Source of the DNA: Neolecta irregularis DAH-3
Taxonomy: Eukaryota
Length of the DNA stretch: 41,744 bases
Assembly (NCBI GenBank): GCA_001929475.1
Contig: LXFE01000417.1
Location: forward strand, 1 to 41,744
Reading direction: 5' to 3'
The notes beneath the pieces are model-generated. The model was not told the origin of the DNA and made no database searches. It saw only the letters and a list, made by a program, of their open reading frames with translations. Both the position numbers and the translations under genes were made by a program. This document shows positions 1 to 13,198 of this stretch, one piece after another; within the stretch, counting starts at the first letter, position 1, and every line of letters begins with the position of its first letter.

Positions 1-1096
1 CTCATTTCTGAGTGGAACTATTGCCGGAACAGTATCGATCTTGTATCTTCATGCAGCGCGACCCGGCAAGAGTACCACTGATCTAACTCTATTTACCTTG
101 GTCAGAGCAATCGACGTCTTGTTTCATCTCAACGACACCCTGGTATTTGTATTCGCTTGTAGCATTATTATGTATGCATACTTCTATTCGCCAGAGAAAC
201 TTCCTCCGTCATACAATTCGTGGATTAACAAAATGAGTACTGTTGATCCAAGAATCAAAGTCATGTTCAAGAAGCTTCATGATAAGAAGATACAATTTGG
301 TCAACCGTCAAGCGACCGGTCGCTTGAAGACGTCTCTTTTGATTTGGGTCTTGATCCAAAGATGGGGAGCATTGAAGAAAATGACGCCTTGCCGTGTCAA
401 GTTTTCCACTCTAATATTTCCGGTTCTTGCAAAGTACATATTGCTTATCGGTGGCTAAAAGGATTCAAATCCTCCATAGCGGTATCCTTGATCCTACCCT
501 TTTCTTTACCTGACACGTAGATTTATGTTCCCCTTTCCCTTATGCTTGCCCTACGGGATCCAACTACGAAAAGCTTTAAGCGAGCATTGACGTCCGCCAT
601 ACGATCTTCTGCCTTTCTTGCCACTTTTATCTCAAATCTGTGGTATAGGATCCTCTTATGTCTTTATACCAATAAAATCTTAGGTTGGGTGTTTGTGCAA
701 CACGCTCAATAATCGGTCCCAAACTATTTCCTAATGTCAACCAAAATACGTATGATGGAATGATTGGTAATCCACTGCTAGGAAATCAGTCCACTTATTA
801 ATAGGTCCAACGATTGGGTCTTTTTTATCTGGATGGAGCATATTAATAGAAACCCCCAAAAGAAGAGGTGAACTTGCTTTGTTCGGTATTCCTTTACATT
901 CTACTGCCATTAACGTCAAGTCGTACCGAAAGCCTTAACGGTAGTATTGCCCAAATCAATCCAGCAACATCGTATCATCGAAACAGTCATATTCGGATTA
1001 AGCTCCGGTGTGATCATTCGATCGTTAATAGACGGAAAAGGTCGAAAAGTAAGGGGCATTTTCGGTAAAACGTTACACTGGATAATGAATGCCTAA
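1..1096 (+). CDS. TMEM135/PXMP4-like integral membrane protein, 5'-truncated by the window edge; 4 GT-AG introns
   Basis: The spliced frame gives TTDLTLFTLVRAIDV, IMYAYFYSPEKLPPSYNSWI, PCQVFH, AIRSSAFLATFI and GWSILIETPKRRGELALF, which are motifs of the fungal TMEM135 family. First intron 482-520; stop TAA 1094-1096. Confidence 0.75.
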
Positions 1097-1703
1097 AAGA
1101 CAAAAATGTAGATTTCAACTATGCATAAGATACTACATTCAATCTTGTTTCTTCATATTGCATTCAAGACAGTTGTAAAAGTCCATAATGATCACGACAA
1201 TGAGAGCCTGAGTTGTTACCTTTGCCAAACAAGAGTAAATATTACAGAATATTGGAGATATCCCAATACTTTCTCGGTATGAACTTCTTTTGGAACAATC
1301 CAAATATTGCACTGATAAATATACATATTATACTCCAAAGGAAATGTAATCGAGGGATGAAATTGCAGCCAAACGATCGATGGAGCAGTCTAACTTTTCC
1401 GAGTAGAAGGAATACGATCGTCTCGATCTCATATAATTTGGAAACCCATTCATTTGAGGTGTTTCCATCGCAGATCTAAATGAAGATATGGCGATACGAC
1501 GTATAGGTGAGTACTAAACTGCGGACTGTCTCTTTGCAGATTCCCGTGACTTTTTTTCCAAAGGTTACCGACCGACCAGAACCTCCTACTTTCCATTTTC
1601 CATTCACACAATCCCCCACTTTAGAAAAAGTCCCCTAGCACAACGCACACACATTCCCCCTAAATCTTCTAGTCTTAATAGACACATTACTCAAAAAGTT
1701 CCC

Positions 1704-2885
1704 ATGTCTGAAGCTACAGCGTCGAAGCGACCCGCCAATGACGACCTTCAAAATGACGCCAAACGGCAAAACTTTGAAGGAGATGAATCCTCCTGGGTCA
1801 GCCTTCGTGCAATTCTCTCTGGACGAGAAGCCTCTGTCGTGATTGGGACCGGCGGTGATAACGTCGCAAGGATTCGCCAGTTGGCTGCAGCCCGGATTTC
1901 GGTGTCGGATAACCTCAAAGGCGCCATTGATCGAGTATTAACATGCAGCGGAACACCAGAGAATGTTGCAAAGGTGTCCATAATATAGATTAATGGCAAA
2001 TATTTACAAGCTAGGCGTTCGGATTGATGGTTCGAACACTGAATGACGAATCTCTGGAAGCAAGTTCCAACGAGACAAGTAAGTCATTTACCCTGCGTCT
2101 GGCGGTTTCAGATTACTACATGGGAAGCGTGATAGGTAAAGCGGGTTCTCGTATCAAAGAACTCCAAGAAGTGTCGGGCGCCCGAATCACGGCTTCAGAT
2201 GGGTGTCTGCCATTGAGCACTGAAAGAACTGTTGTTATCGCAGGTGTAGCAGATGCTATCCACATCGCCGTATTTCATCTTGGAAAGACAGTTCGCGATT
2301 TTGCGGAAAAGTTCACCGTTGCGCTGACTGTTCCCTATAATCCACTGCCTACTTGGGGTATATACGGCCATTGGGACACATACGGCAAAAATCGGGCTAT
2401 GCAGGCTAATATCATGAGTCCCGCAAACCCATACGGTATTCCAATGGGTACGAATATGGGGCAAATGGCTGCATATGGCCAATTAGATCCGAGTATCGCT
2501 ATCGCGCAACAGCAGTTTCAGCAGCCGCAGACTCAAGGACAAGTGCAGGCTCGACCCGGCCCGGCAGCTCAACCCGGTCAACCAATCACGCAACAAATTT
2601 ATATCCCTAATGATATGGTTGGTGCTATCATCGGAAAAGGCGGCGCCAAGATCAACGAAATCCGACAGGAATGCTCTACTTTTGAGACGAATGCTAACCA
2701 ACAGATGTCTGGTTCTCATATAAAAATTAATGAGCCTTCTGAACAAGGAAATGAACGGCTTGTTACTATTACAGGAACCCAAGAATGCAACCAAATGGCT
2801 TTGTAAGAGAATCTATTGGTTAAAACAACTGACTCTCAGATATATGCTCTACTCACGTTTGGAAAGCGAGAAACACCGTATGTGA
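1704..2885 (+). CDS. rnc1: Triple KH-domain RNA-binding protein (Rnc1/Pbp2/hnRNP K-like); 3 introns
   Basis: Three GxxG KH motifs (VIGTGG, VIGKAG, IIGKGG) and C-terminus ALYMLYSRLESEKHRM*. Introns 1974-2014, 2669-2704 (GA-AG) and a third starting near 2803. Confidence 0.9.
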
Positions 2886-3377
2886 GAGCTCGATACCCGC
2901 TTGATTTCGACCGTCTTTTGTAACGAGTTCTCTGTTAGTTAGATGGAAACGTATGCCCAATAGATTATCACGTTAAACCGTCCATTGATTGACAACGTCA
3001 CATCAGCTATTTGTCCTTGTTTTGGATGTCATCCGGATAGTCTGCTCTTTAGCACTGGATCTAATTTAGAAAACCTCGTATCAAATATCTCAAGTCTTCA
3101 TTCCCCTCTCAATGGGCATACCCTTCAGTCTTTATCGGAAGCCTGGCCCTTCAAGACCTTCAGCGGCACCGTTAAACGATCACTAAAGTCCAGCTCAAGC
3201 ATGGAAATTCTTTCTTCCTTGAAACGATACTTTTCAATCGAAAATCAACAGAAACTTTCAGGATCATCTAGTTCTCAAAAGCTATTTCCGATATCACTAG
3301 GAGACTTTTGCAGGCAGAAAAGATCCTTGTTTATCTAGAAACATTCATAAATTCAAGTATCGAACGGCGTCGAAAAG

Positions 3378-4376
3378 ATGATCGGTTTGATAAGGCGTTG
3401 TAAAGATAAGCGTCGAGTGGAGTATATAAAGCACTGGATGAAACGTATCGAAAAGCTCTTTGACGAGATACGAAAGGAACGCACATATAAGTTGCTACGG
3501 GACACTCGCCATCTGTTATCTTTTGTTTTAAAAACAGAGGTACGTATATTAGTGTTATTTGAGCTAAATAACAGCTTCTTGGCGACGTCCTATGTTCAGA
3601 CTGCCCTTGGAGAAAACAAGGTCATCTTTGATGGTATGTCTCTGCCATCCCCCGACTCTAAATTTTCGAGGCCGGCACATTGCGTGGTGCAGCAAAAAGT
3701 TACCTTTTGGCACTGAAATTGCCTTTGAAACCACCATCAGTGGTTCTGATCCGAAAACCGCTACTGAAAGGGACCGGCTGACGGTGAAAATTGCCTACTC
3801 CTCACAAGTAAACCTTGAATTCATCCACCAATTCCTCCTCAAGCGATATCGAAAGGATGGACAAGTTCCTCAAGGTAATATTCTGATCAACTGCTGGCCA
3901 ATACCAACTACCCAGGGCTTATGGCACTCAACAACCTTTTGCCTCAAACCCCCACCCTCAAATTTTTCACCATGGGTAGTTCTAAGAATTTTTACAAAGA
4001 GCACAATGCAGTGCCTCTCACTGGAGCTCTCCAAGCCTGGAGAGGCATTTTTCAATCACTTCGACCTTCACAAGGCAACATAATCTTTTTGTTCTCTGAT
4101 ACTTATTTGATAGGTTTCCTCACTGTAAACGTTGATGTCGCCACTACTGTCGCCTGGCAGGGTGACCTATCTCTTGTTGATATGGTATGTAAGCATTCAA
4201 ATATAACTGTTCTATACAATATTGGCAATTCTGCAAGGCAACGATCAGGCAAAGAAGTTTCTGTTGATTTCTTTCTTTGCCTTTACTCCTTTCAAAATAC
4301 GGAACTGTATAATAGAATCAAGGGATCTTGTGATATAGACCTTGAAGTTGCGTACCAAGTTGCTCCGACAAGATAA
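3378..4376 (+). pseudogene. Truncated Argonaute (N-domain and linker-1 only; no PAZ/MID/PIWI); gene fragment or chimeric short ORF
   Basis: Splicing out 3634-3670, 3875-3915 and 4075-4113 gives VIFDGRHIAWCSKKLP...QGLMALNNLL...LTGALQAWRGIFQSLRPSQGFLTVNVDVATT, which matches the Argonaute N and ArgoL1 motifs. Recognisable similarity stops near 4205, and the DOP1 stop follows at 4486. Confidence 0.8.
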
Positions 4377-4485
4377 GAAGTTCATCCATGCAATTGTTTC
4401 AAACTAACCAAGGCATGAAGCCTTGTAACATATCATTTTCCTATCATAACTGTTCAAAACTTTATAAAAACCACCCCGCTTTCAC

Positions 4486-7400
4486 CTAAACTTGATTCCG
4501 TGCAAACAAATCCTGATAAAGCCCTTCTTCACAAGCATCTATATCTGGCAATTGCATTGCATAAGTTGCCTCGTATGCAAGAATACTGAGACGATTGAGA
4601 TATGGCTTCAGTTGTTCAAGTTCTGTGATATTCTTACCAACTAGCAACGGTTTTCTTCTAGCCGTCGTTACTTGCGATGAAGCTGAATTTGACTAGAGTT
4701 GGACTAGTATACTAAAAGGTCACACGTACCTCAGTACTGGGAAGAAGATAATTCGTCGTATTTGAAACTCCCAATCTATAAGAAAGTCTATCAATCCAGG
4801 CATTTGGTTCGGACGTTGGCATTCTAAATATTGCGTCCATTGTATCTGTTATGAAGATCCATTCGTGCCTGGTAATGAGCAAGTAAGGCCAAAAAAACCC
4901 TACATCTGAAAGTCTTCCGGAGAAAGAACTAAAATCAGATCCAGAAGCTTACACGCTTCGAAGAGACTCTTGCTATGGTCTCTTTCCTGTATCGCAGCTT
5001 CTTCGACCATATACGAAAGCATCATCTGGAGATCGGTAAAGATGATTGGCCAAAACGACTGTAAATGGACTGAGGAAAATCGGAGAAGTATTGTTTGGAA
5101 TAATAAATAGATTTCACCTCGAATACTGTCTGATGGGGTACTGCGCACCACTTCGTTAACCTTTTCTTTAATTGTTGGAAGGTATATGAGAAACTCATCG
5201 GTCTCACAACAGAGCAATGCAAACTCGAGACGTCGGAAATTAAGTTGTCGTTGGAGGGTTTCTTGTTCTGCAGTCCCGAATAGCCCAGCTTGGTTGCTTG
5301 CGCCGAGACGGGCAACAAGTTCTACAACACGCTCCTTCTCGGCGGTATACAACTGCTTTCCAAAAGGTAGCCATAAACGAGCGCCTTGGGGTGTCATGGT
5401 AAAGAAGGCCCGTTCGTTGATCAAGTCGAAAACTTCTTTCCGCCACACTTTGTAGGTTCCCGGTATACATGTTACTAATCGGAAGATCTCGACTATGCGC
5501 GGATCTACGTTTGTTGGACTTGCATTAGTACAAGCAGAAAAAGGACAATGCAAGTTTCTGCTACGCAGCATCGGAGAAACAAGAAGATTGAGAATCTGGG
5601 TACATATGTACTGTATACGATCCGGCTCGCCAACAACACTGTGAATATTCTCAATGACAACTTCGATAAGTTGTTGCAAGACATCATCGCCTGGGGGTGC
5701 CGGTGATTTCGATGGTGGAGTTGCAAGACCGAACTCGAGGACAGCTCGTGCTTCGAACTGTCAAAAGACGGATAAAACACGAGACAAACCTGTTCTCTTT
5801 GACAGAGAATCACGTCTTGATTTTTCAGAATTCGCAGCAGTATATGCTATAGGAAGAGAAAATAGTACTATACGGTTATATAAATCCTAAAGTTTAGCTC
5901 AGTGACAGTATTATAGCAAATACTGTGAATTCCTTTCTGACTTTCTTTTGTTCTTGCAATGGCGACATCACCAATATTCTCCCGGAAACAGTCACTAACC
6001 GTAGAAGACTTGCAATGGAAGAACGATACACAGGCAATGCATTACCAACATCTCTTAAGAATTTTGTCACTTCGTTCCAATATATAACGATAGCACTTTC
6101 ATCGAGAGTCCGCATAAACTCGGTCATGAAGTCAATAACGAGAGGTTCAGAGCTAGAAGTTGGTTACAGAAATAAACTGGAACGTACAGCTCAACGGCCG
6201 GCGACTTCCTGCTGTTTAATAAGTCGATGGCCGTCCGATTATTTGACCGACTCGTGATGCAGCTGAGAAGCGTCAGTATCGGTTGCTTTGGATCGAAATC
6301 CGAAATATTCTGGATACAACTAAAGATACGAGGGTAGATTACTGCCTGACCATGTTAATTAATAACACTTTCCAAGCCCTACGTTTATTCCAATTCGAGA
6401 CCAGATTTCAATGAAAATTTCCAAGGTCCAAGTTGATTCGATCAAATACATTTGCGTCAGTAGTCTTTTACTTCGACTTGACAGCCGTGAAATGATAGTA
6501 GCTAGAGAACTCGAGGTAGCAGGTTTCATCTTAATCCTTATTTGTTCTGTCCATGCCCAGATATCAAAGCCTAATTTCTGAATATCTTGGTGACATAGGG
6601 AAATAGTGAACCGATTCTTTCAATTAGATCATATTGTGATAAGAGATACTTACATTGGGTCCCGCTCCTGAAGTTGCTATAGGTTCTGATGAAAAAACAC
6701 CAGAAAGAACATTCCCGAAAAAAGATCCGCTTTCTTGAACCTTCCGTTCCTCCAACAGCTTCTCCTCTATCTGCAATGCTTCATGGCCTTTTGGAATCAG
6801 GCGTTCCAAACCATCCATGAACAGGACAATATCAGGTATCGTGGCGGATAATACTGAATGGACATCATCATCTGTCGGCCGGGACGAAAGTTCTTGGAAC
6901 GCTATTCGAATCTCCTGGCAAATACAGGCGATCAAAATGAACGAAACCTGGAAGACATTCATGTCGAAGATATGGAAACAACTTGACATAAATCCAATCC
7001 ATTCCGCTAGGTAGGGACGGCTATCCTTGGAAGAAAATCCGACCGTAAAACACCGGAGAATGAGAGCTGCAAGCTCTGACATAGGTTTTGTGTCCTGCTC
7101 AGTAGCTGAATATGAATCGCTGAGGCTGGGCGAAGCAGAATTCAAACTCAGTTGCTTTTTAAGTAGACCGTGAGCAGATTGAAGGATATATGGCTGCAAA
7201 GATGGTGAGGTTCCGGTAGCACTTTGCAAAAGCTTCTGCATCAGGACATTTAGTAATTCAGTATCTGTAACAGAATTGTCTTCGGTAGCAGAAATAAGAC
7301 GATTGAGGTTGTTTAAGCATGCCAGCTGGAGGGGAACTAGTGTTTGTATTCTGTTTAGGTCATCAGGGTCTGATATCTGACATTGTACAATCCTAATATT

Positions 7401-10383
7401 TAGCAAAGGTGTCGAGGCGAGGAGTTATCTTGATAACACTGCAAGGAGCAGTTGGGAATAGGTCAATCCGCTTGTCTTGAAGTCACCTTGAGCTTAATTT
7501 ATGGAACCACGGAAATCATACGCAATAAAAGAAGCTCGACACGGTCATCGGTGAAAGAAAACATTTCTGCGGCCAGATAACTTAATAATTTTGTTTGTCC
7601 AACTTCCAGAATAGCTTCAAGCGCTTGAATTAGGGTCAGGAGATTACTGATATCATCGTCCCGATCAATAATAGAGGCCATAACTTGTATATCCTCAACA
7701 GTAGTTAATGATGGCGACTTCAAGATAGAGGACTGCAAGATTCTCATTAAAATGATGTCCATAAGTCTCCGGGTTAGAGTCTGTCGACAAGTGCAAGTAC
7801 AATACCTGCTCGTTGAAGCACCGAGAGCTTTGAGCCAACGCTTTGCACAAAGTCGAGCTGTCGGATGATTTGATTTGAATGTCTCCAAGACTTCATATAC
7901 TGGCCCGGCAAGAACATCCGAAAACCTTTTTTCGTTCACTTGCTGTCAGAAGGCAAAAGGAATGAGTTTTATTATTTACCACTCAGATTCCACAATACAG
8001 AAAATGATTGAATTGCTAGAGTCTTCATATTATCGTCAGTGTTTGAGAGGAAATATGATATCCGCGACCGACATATTTCGACACCGAGAATATCGACAAT
8101 TTTCCAGAAGAATGTTGTGCCTTCCAAGTGATATCGTGGATTCCGCGGTTCAAGAAGGGCCCAAGTCTAGATTTAATCCGTAATCAAACAGTGAAGAATG
8201 GTACCTTGTCAACAATCAGGTTTTGGTTATCCTTGCGTAAGTCCGATGCTGCGAAAGCTTGCATAGAGCGAAACCTCATGATTGTAGTGATTGTTGTAGA
8301 TATCATGGCAAAACTTTCCATTTTTTGGTCCCGCAGGACATCCAATAGACTCTGCACGATAGATCGAGCACTCTGAAGCTCAATGCGTGTATAAGAACCC
8401 AAAACATCTGCCAGGAATTTCAAGATATGCTCCACTGATTCTAGTTCCTTTTTCAAGATGGTTATTGTCGTCACAACTAAAATATCTCTGACCTGCGAGT
8501 TAGGAAGAGGCATGACAAGAGTCTTTGATGTATAGGCGCTCTGTTCTTGCCCAGCTTTGAAATATCGTGCAATATACTCTGCGAGCTGCCTGGTATCAGT
8601 GAATGTAACATCTGGTGATTCCAAAGTAAAGACTCGTGCAGGTATAAGCTGTAGCAAAGATACTGAAAGTTGAAAACTTTTGATTCCAATCTCTGAGGCA
8701 GCTTTTGTTCGGGAATGTGTCACTAACAGATCGAGAAGTGTCATCGGTATCAAAGATGTGACCATCTCCTCTTCTGCAATATCAAAAGTCGAAATGATAA
8801 GACTGATCAAATCGAAATTATTAATTTGCCCTTCGAATGCTTTATGAATAAGGGTAGAGATGCATCCCCATATTAAAGGCGCTTCGATCCCATTAAACAT
8901 CATCTTTGCGCTTCGTTGTACTTCTTCATATTGATCAAACAATTGCTTTCCCTCGAGATTCACTCGCACTGTTTGAAGATATTGAATGCAGGGCAAGAAC
9001 ATAATCGAGATAACTTTCCCGCCTACTTCCCAGTAATCCAACAAGGCAAGACAAATTCGAAAAGGCCTAACCAGATCTCGTGTATTTGAAAGCTCAGGGT
9101 CGAGTATTTCGTTCAGTCCGCTTAGTAAATATTGCAATCCGAACTTTTGAAAGTGTTCAGGATCGACATGTTCCTCTTCCGGTCCCAAAAACCATCTCCA
9201 TAGTCTCCGATTGAGAGAAAGATCACGGCGAAGAACAACCAATGTAGCGCTTAAAACTAAACGTTGGAGGTCATTTTTTGGGATGGTTCTTCAACATCAA
9301 TATTTCATATTATAAAGCCATTACTCTTGAAGAAGCGGAGATGCAAGCGGTACATTCGTCACCAACAGATCTAAAAATCCTCGTTGAACCAAGAGCTCCG
9401 AATCAGATAAGCCAGCACAAAATGCCCGAGTCATGAGCGTTGGATCGGGTTTGATAACTGAAGACTCTGCATCTACAAATTCAGCGGGATATAAAGTGAA
9501 ACCGGAACCATCAACTGTGGTTGAAAGTTTTGGCATCTTTCTGGACAAGTATACTAAAGCACCTTGTCTTCGACCACTCGCACTGATAATAGTAAGCCAA
9601 ATATTTTGCCAAAAGTATGCATCATCGTCCAGTGCTGTTCTAATGCCATCAACACAGGCGAACGTTCTTTCGAAAAATTCTCCTGTTTCTTCCTCAATAG
9701 CTGGAAGAAGTGCCAGTAACAAAGACTTAGCACATGGTCGCAGGTATGTTCCGAGAGCGATGTAATGTTGTTCAAAGAGAGTAAGCAGATGAGGCTATTC
9801 GTGAGTTTTTTGAGGAGAAATTAGATACGAAACCCTGACGCTGATAGAAGCATATGTAAATAAAGGAACCAGACCGGGTGTCCAGATATGCAATTCGCGT
9901 CCTAGGTAATCCCTCTATAAGACATTAGATTTGTTTCCATGATAAATTTACTCCCAGCTGTCTGGATATGAAATCATATACTTCTAAAGTCCTCTGGTGA
10001 ACTCCCGACGGTAACGATGGATCCAGGCATTGAGCAAGTCTTCCAGCGACTTGAACTTTATACGGAATATGTCGAAATGCCGAGCCGAGATGTAATGCCT
10101 AGTGCCTTAAATATGATTGACCCGCCCTGGATACCTTGAGAAGTCTCGAGAGGAAAGATATGTAATCTGCCCATTCCTGAGTAACCTCAAAGGTAGACAA
10201 ACTTCTATTTATCGCTAGAGAGAACTTTTTGTATTTTGCATCTTTATTCGGATCTGAACGCTCTGTAACAATCACTAATGGTCTCGTGGAGAGGGTACCT
10301 CTTGTTGGCGATATTGATCTAGAATCTGCGGGAAACAGAGCTGACAAAGTCAACGGCGAGTCAAGGTTTAGTTTCTCTGCCAT
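4486..10383 (-). CDS. DOP1: Dopey/DOP1 endosome-Golgi trafficking protein; about 17 introns
   Basis: Dopey_N motifs QEWADYISFLSRLLK, RLAQCLDPSLPSGVHQRTLEVY, LVQRGFLDLL and VVLRRDLSLNRRLWRW. C-terminal motifs ACKLLDL and DFQMHEWIFITDT. Stop at 4486-4488. Confidence 0.93.
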
Positions 10384-11029
10384 ACATCAGAATTGTCGGC
10401 TGATTCTAGATATTATTTTGGGGAAAGACAATTGATGGTTGTATAAAGCGCGGTTATTCTAATTTGGAGGATAAACGCAATCCCACATCAGATGGGCATT
10501 AAAGTGCAGTATGAACAAGATCTTTGACGCATCTTGAACTAAATATTATAATTCAGATATTCTTGCCATAGTACCAGAGAATCTACATGACGCGCTGTGA
10601 TAATAGTCATTTATTCCTTTTGCGCTATTAAACTCCTAATTCAATTGCATGACCAGTACCTGTTTCGAGCAGCGGAGAACATAGATTCTTCCGTATGCCA
10701 AGAGACATCCAGTTGAGGATAAATTATGAAAATAATAGTGAGAATTCGATGATTTCATCAGACTGAATGGCGTTGAAATGGTAAACTTACAGTTGTGCTT
10801 CTCAAAATACAAAAAATCTAAAATCATGACTGCAAATTGGGATTAGAGTCACATCATTGTTTTCTAAAGCATATTTTATTCATTTGGATTATTATCATTC
10901 TTTGGGTGATAGGATCGAATTGGAGATTGGTGTAGGTGGCTCTTGCCTGATTGAGTTAATTACTGTAAATCAGCAATGTTCCGCCCATAAATCCCAAATT
11001 TCAAGATTGCTTGTAGTTCTCTTCGTAGA

Positions 11030-13131
11030 ATGCAGCAGAGAAAGGATGACGATGTACAAGGATCCGATTCAGAAATTCAGATCTCGAATGTTGCTACCAA
11101 AAGCGATAAAGTCAATATTTTGAATCAGTCAAAACCCAGAATCACACCTGGCCTTGGAGGATTTTGCATCCAACGATCAAGATCAGAAGTTTCACAGTCA
11201 AGACCAACCACAATAACTATATCTAACCGAGGCAAATCATTACTGGATATACCAGCAGCATTCGCTTTGGGAAACCAGGGTGGTCCTGAAGATTCAAGTT
11301 TGCCGTTTCAATACCCAAGACCAACTACAGCCTTCATTACCCAAAATGATTTTGCAACTGGAGATTCTTTGCAAGATATAGATGATGCAAGTGTCAGGAG
11401 TTTTGCTCCCACGGTTCGTACGGTAACCGGCGCTGAATCCATGCTTGGGAATATTCTCGATCATGATCTAGATAAACACTTAACTCCAATGACTCTTGAC
11501 CGAAGAAACTCGTTCCGAAGTTTACGGAGTACAAAGAGTATGAGGAGTTTGAGAAGTCTCGCTATACATGATACATCGGATACTTTTTCAATAACATCAG
11601 AGGATTCACTCGCCATTTCCGAAGACTTGGGGGACGGTACAATTATTTTTTGCCTGCGTTTCTAATTATTTAGAGGAGAGGATACAAATGTGGTTTAAAC
11701 GGAAAAAGCACTTTCTTATTCTTTCGAGCGCCGGAAAGCCAATTTACAGTCGATTTGGCGACGAATCCTTATCGATGGCTTATATGGGTGTATTACAAAC
11801 CATAATCAGCTTTTTCCTAGAAGATAGAGATCCTCTAAAGTATCATCAAAATTATCTCAGGCCCGTGATAACCATCAAAGGAGTTTTGTGGCTGGCGATA
11901 CACGATTCTTCGTCTCGCTTGAAGGACCATTATACTTTGTTGCAATATCTTCACTTGGTGAGACAGATTATCAGGTCCCTTATCTCGTTAGTATAAGCTA
12001 AACTTTAGCTACAAGTACAACTCGACATTCTTCACAATCAAATTTTAAGTACTCTGACCCTTGCACAACTTTCACGTGCATTCGAAAACCGGGACAATTT
12101 TGACTTGAGAATGTTGCTTGGTGGCACCGAAGTCTTCCTTGATGGCCTTTCAGATGCCATGATTCGGGGCGATTTTCCAGTCATGCTAAGCGCGATTGAA
12201 TGTTTAAAGATAAGGAGAAGAGAGCGTCTAAGAATTGATTCTGCGCTACTGGAAGCAAAACATCCTGTAGCCTGCGATATTAGATGTCATACTAATGCTT
12301 AGAACTTATTATACGGCCTGCTTGTTGTAGACGGACGGCTGGTCAGTGTTATTCGACCCCGAAAGCACTCTTTGCATCCTTTAGATTTACAACTTATATT
12401 TTCTATGCTTTTTAATTCGACTACTTTCAACGAAGGAGGTGAATATTGGATACCTATCTGCCTTCCCAAATTCGATTCGACAGGATTCCTGCATATGTAT
12501 GTCTCATTTATCGCCAATAAAGTCGGCCTTGTCTTGCTATCTGCGGGCAAGGAAGAGTTCTTTTCAATGAGAGAGGTTAAGGAGAACATTGTTGATGTAC
12601 CTCAACCAAGTCATTTTCTTGTTCATGTTCTAGCAACTGCAACGTAAAGGTCTACTTCATATTCTAAAGAATACAATTGAAAAAGGGCGGTATAGCACAT
12701 GTACAATCATCTGACTTGATTGATCTAAAAGTCTAGTTGATATACAGATACCTCGGTTACAGCATTTTCTGTACAAATCAAAAGATCTTGTGCAGTTCAC
12801 AATGCCGAGCCTTCCTGCTGCATTGGAGGAACCGAGAAATCGTAGACGGCTAATGACTTTATACTCGAAAATTCATGGATTAGTGCACACGAAAAGCGCA
12901 CTGACTAAAATTCATTGTCTTCGAACGCCATTTGCAGTAACAGTCGCCTGGGTTTTTTGTCGAAATTGTCTGTGATGCTTATCTGGATAGGTTACGCCAT
13001 TATTTGAAATGTATTGCGTCGCAAATCCTCAAATTTCTACAAACTCTCTTGTTAAAAGCGCGAATCATGTTGTTAAATGGATCGGTAAAGAAGAAGGAAG
13101 ATTGTTTATCCACGGCGGTGCGGTGTTTTGA
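11030..13131 (+). CDS. MON1: Vacuolar fusion protein Mon1 (Mon1-Ccz1 Rab7/Ypt7 GEF subunit); 7 introns
   Basis: Motifs KKHFLILSSAGKPIYSRFGDE, NFDLRMLLGGTE, RPRKHSLHPLDLQL, EYWIPICLPKF, HFLYKSK and KEEGRLFIHGGAVF*. The start codon is uncertain. Confidence 0.93.
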
Positions 13132-13198
13132 AATGTTGTTTTACTACGGAAGATTTCCAGATATCTTTTGATGTGCGCGACTTTTTTGGCCCCATATT

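Noticed and set aside
757-803. Apparent GA donor (GAATGA) in the TMEM135-like gene
   Set aside because: A same-phase canonical GTAATC donor nine bases downstream explains the intron.
1213-1479. 88-aa ORF between the TMEM135-like gene and rnc1
   Set aside because: Non-ATG start, no recognisable motif and no consistent exon chain on either strand.
1507-1539. Intron-like GTGAGT...TTTGCAG upstream of rnc1
   Set aside because: It could be a 5'-UTR intron, but the only branch-like motif abuts the donor and splicing it does not extend the rnc1 frame from the nearby ATG, so it is unsupported.
2985-3338. 117-aa ORF upstream of the Argonaute fragment
   Set aside because: No Argonaute N-terminal motif or other recognisable family, non-ATG start, and stops separate it from the 3378 frame.
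6153-6208. Apparent GA donor (AG|GAAGTC) in DOP1
   Set aside because: A same-phase GTACGT donor gives an intron of normal length.
10636-11123. Short ORFs in the DOP1/MON1 divergent intergenic region
   Set aside because: No motifs; consistent with chance ORFs in promoter DNA.
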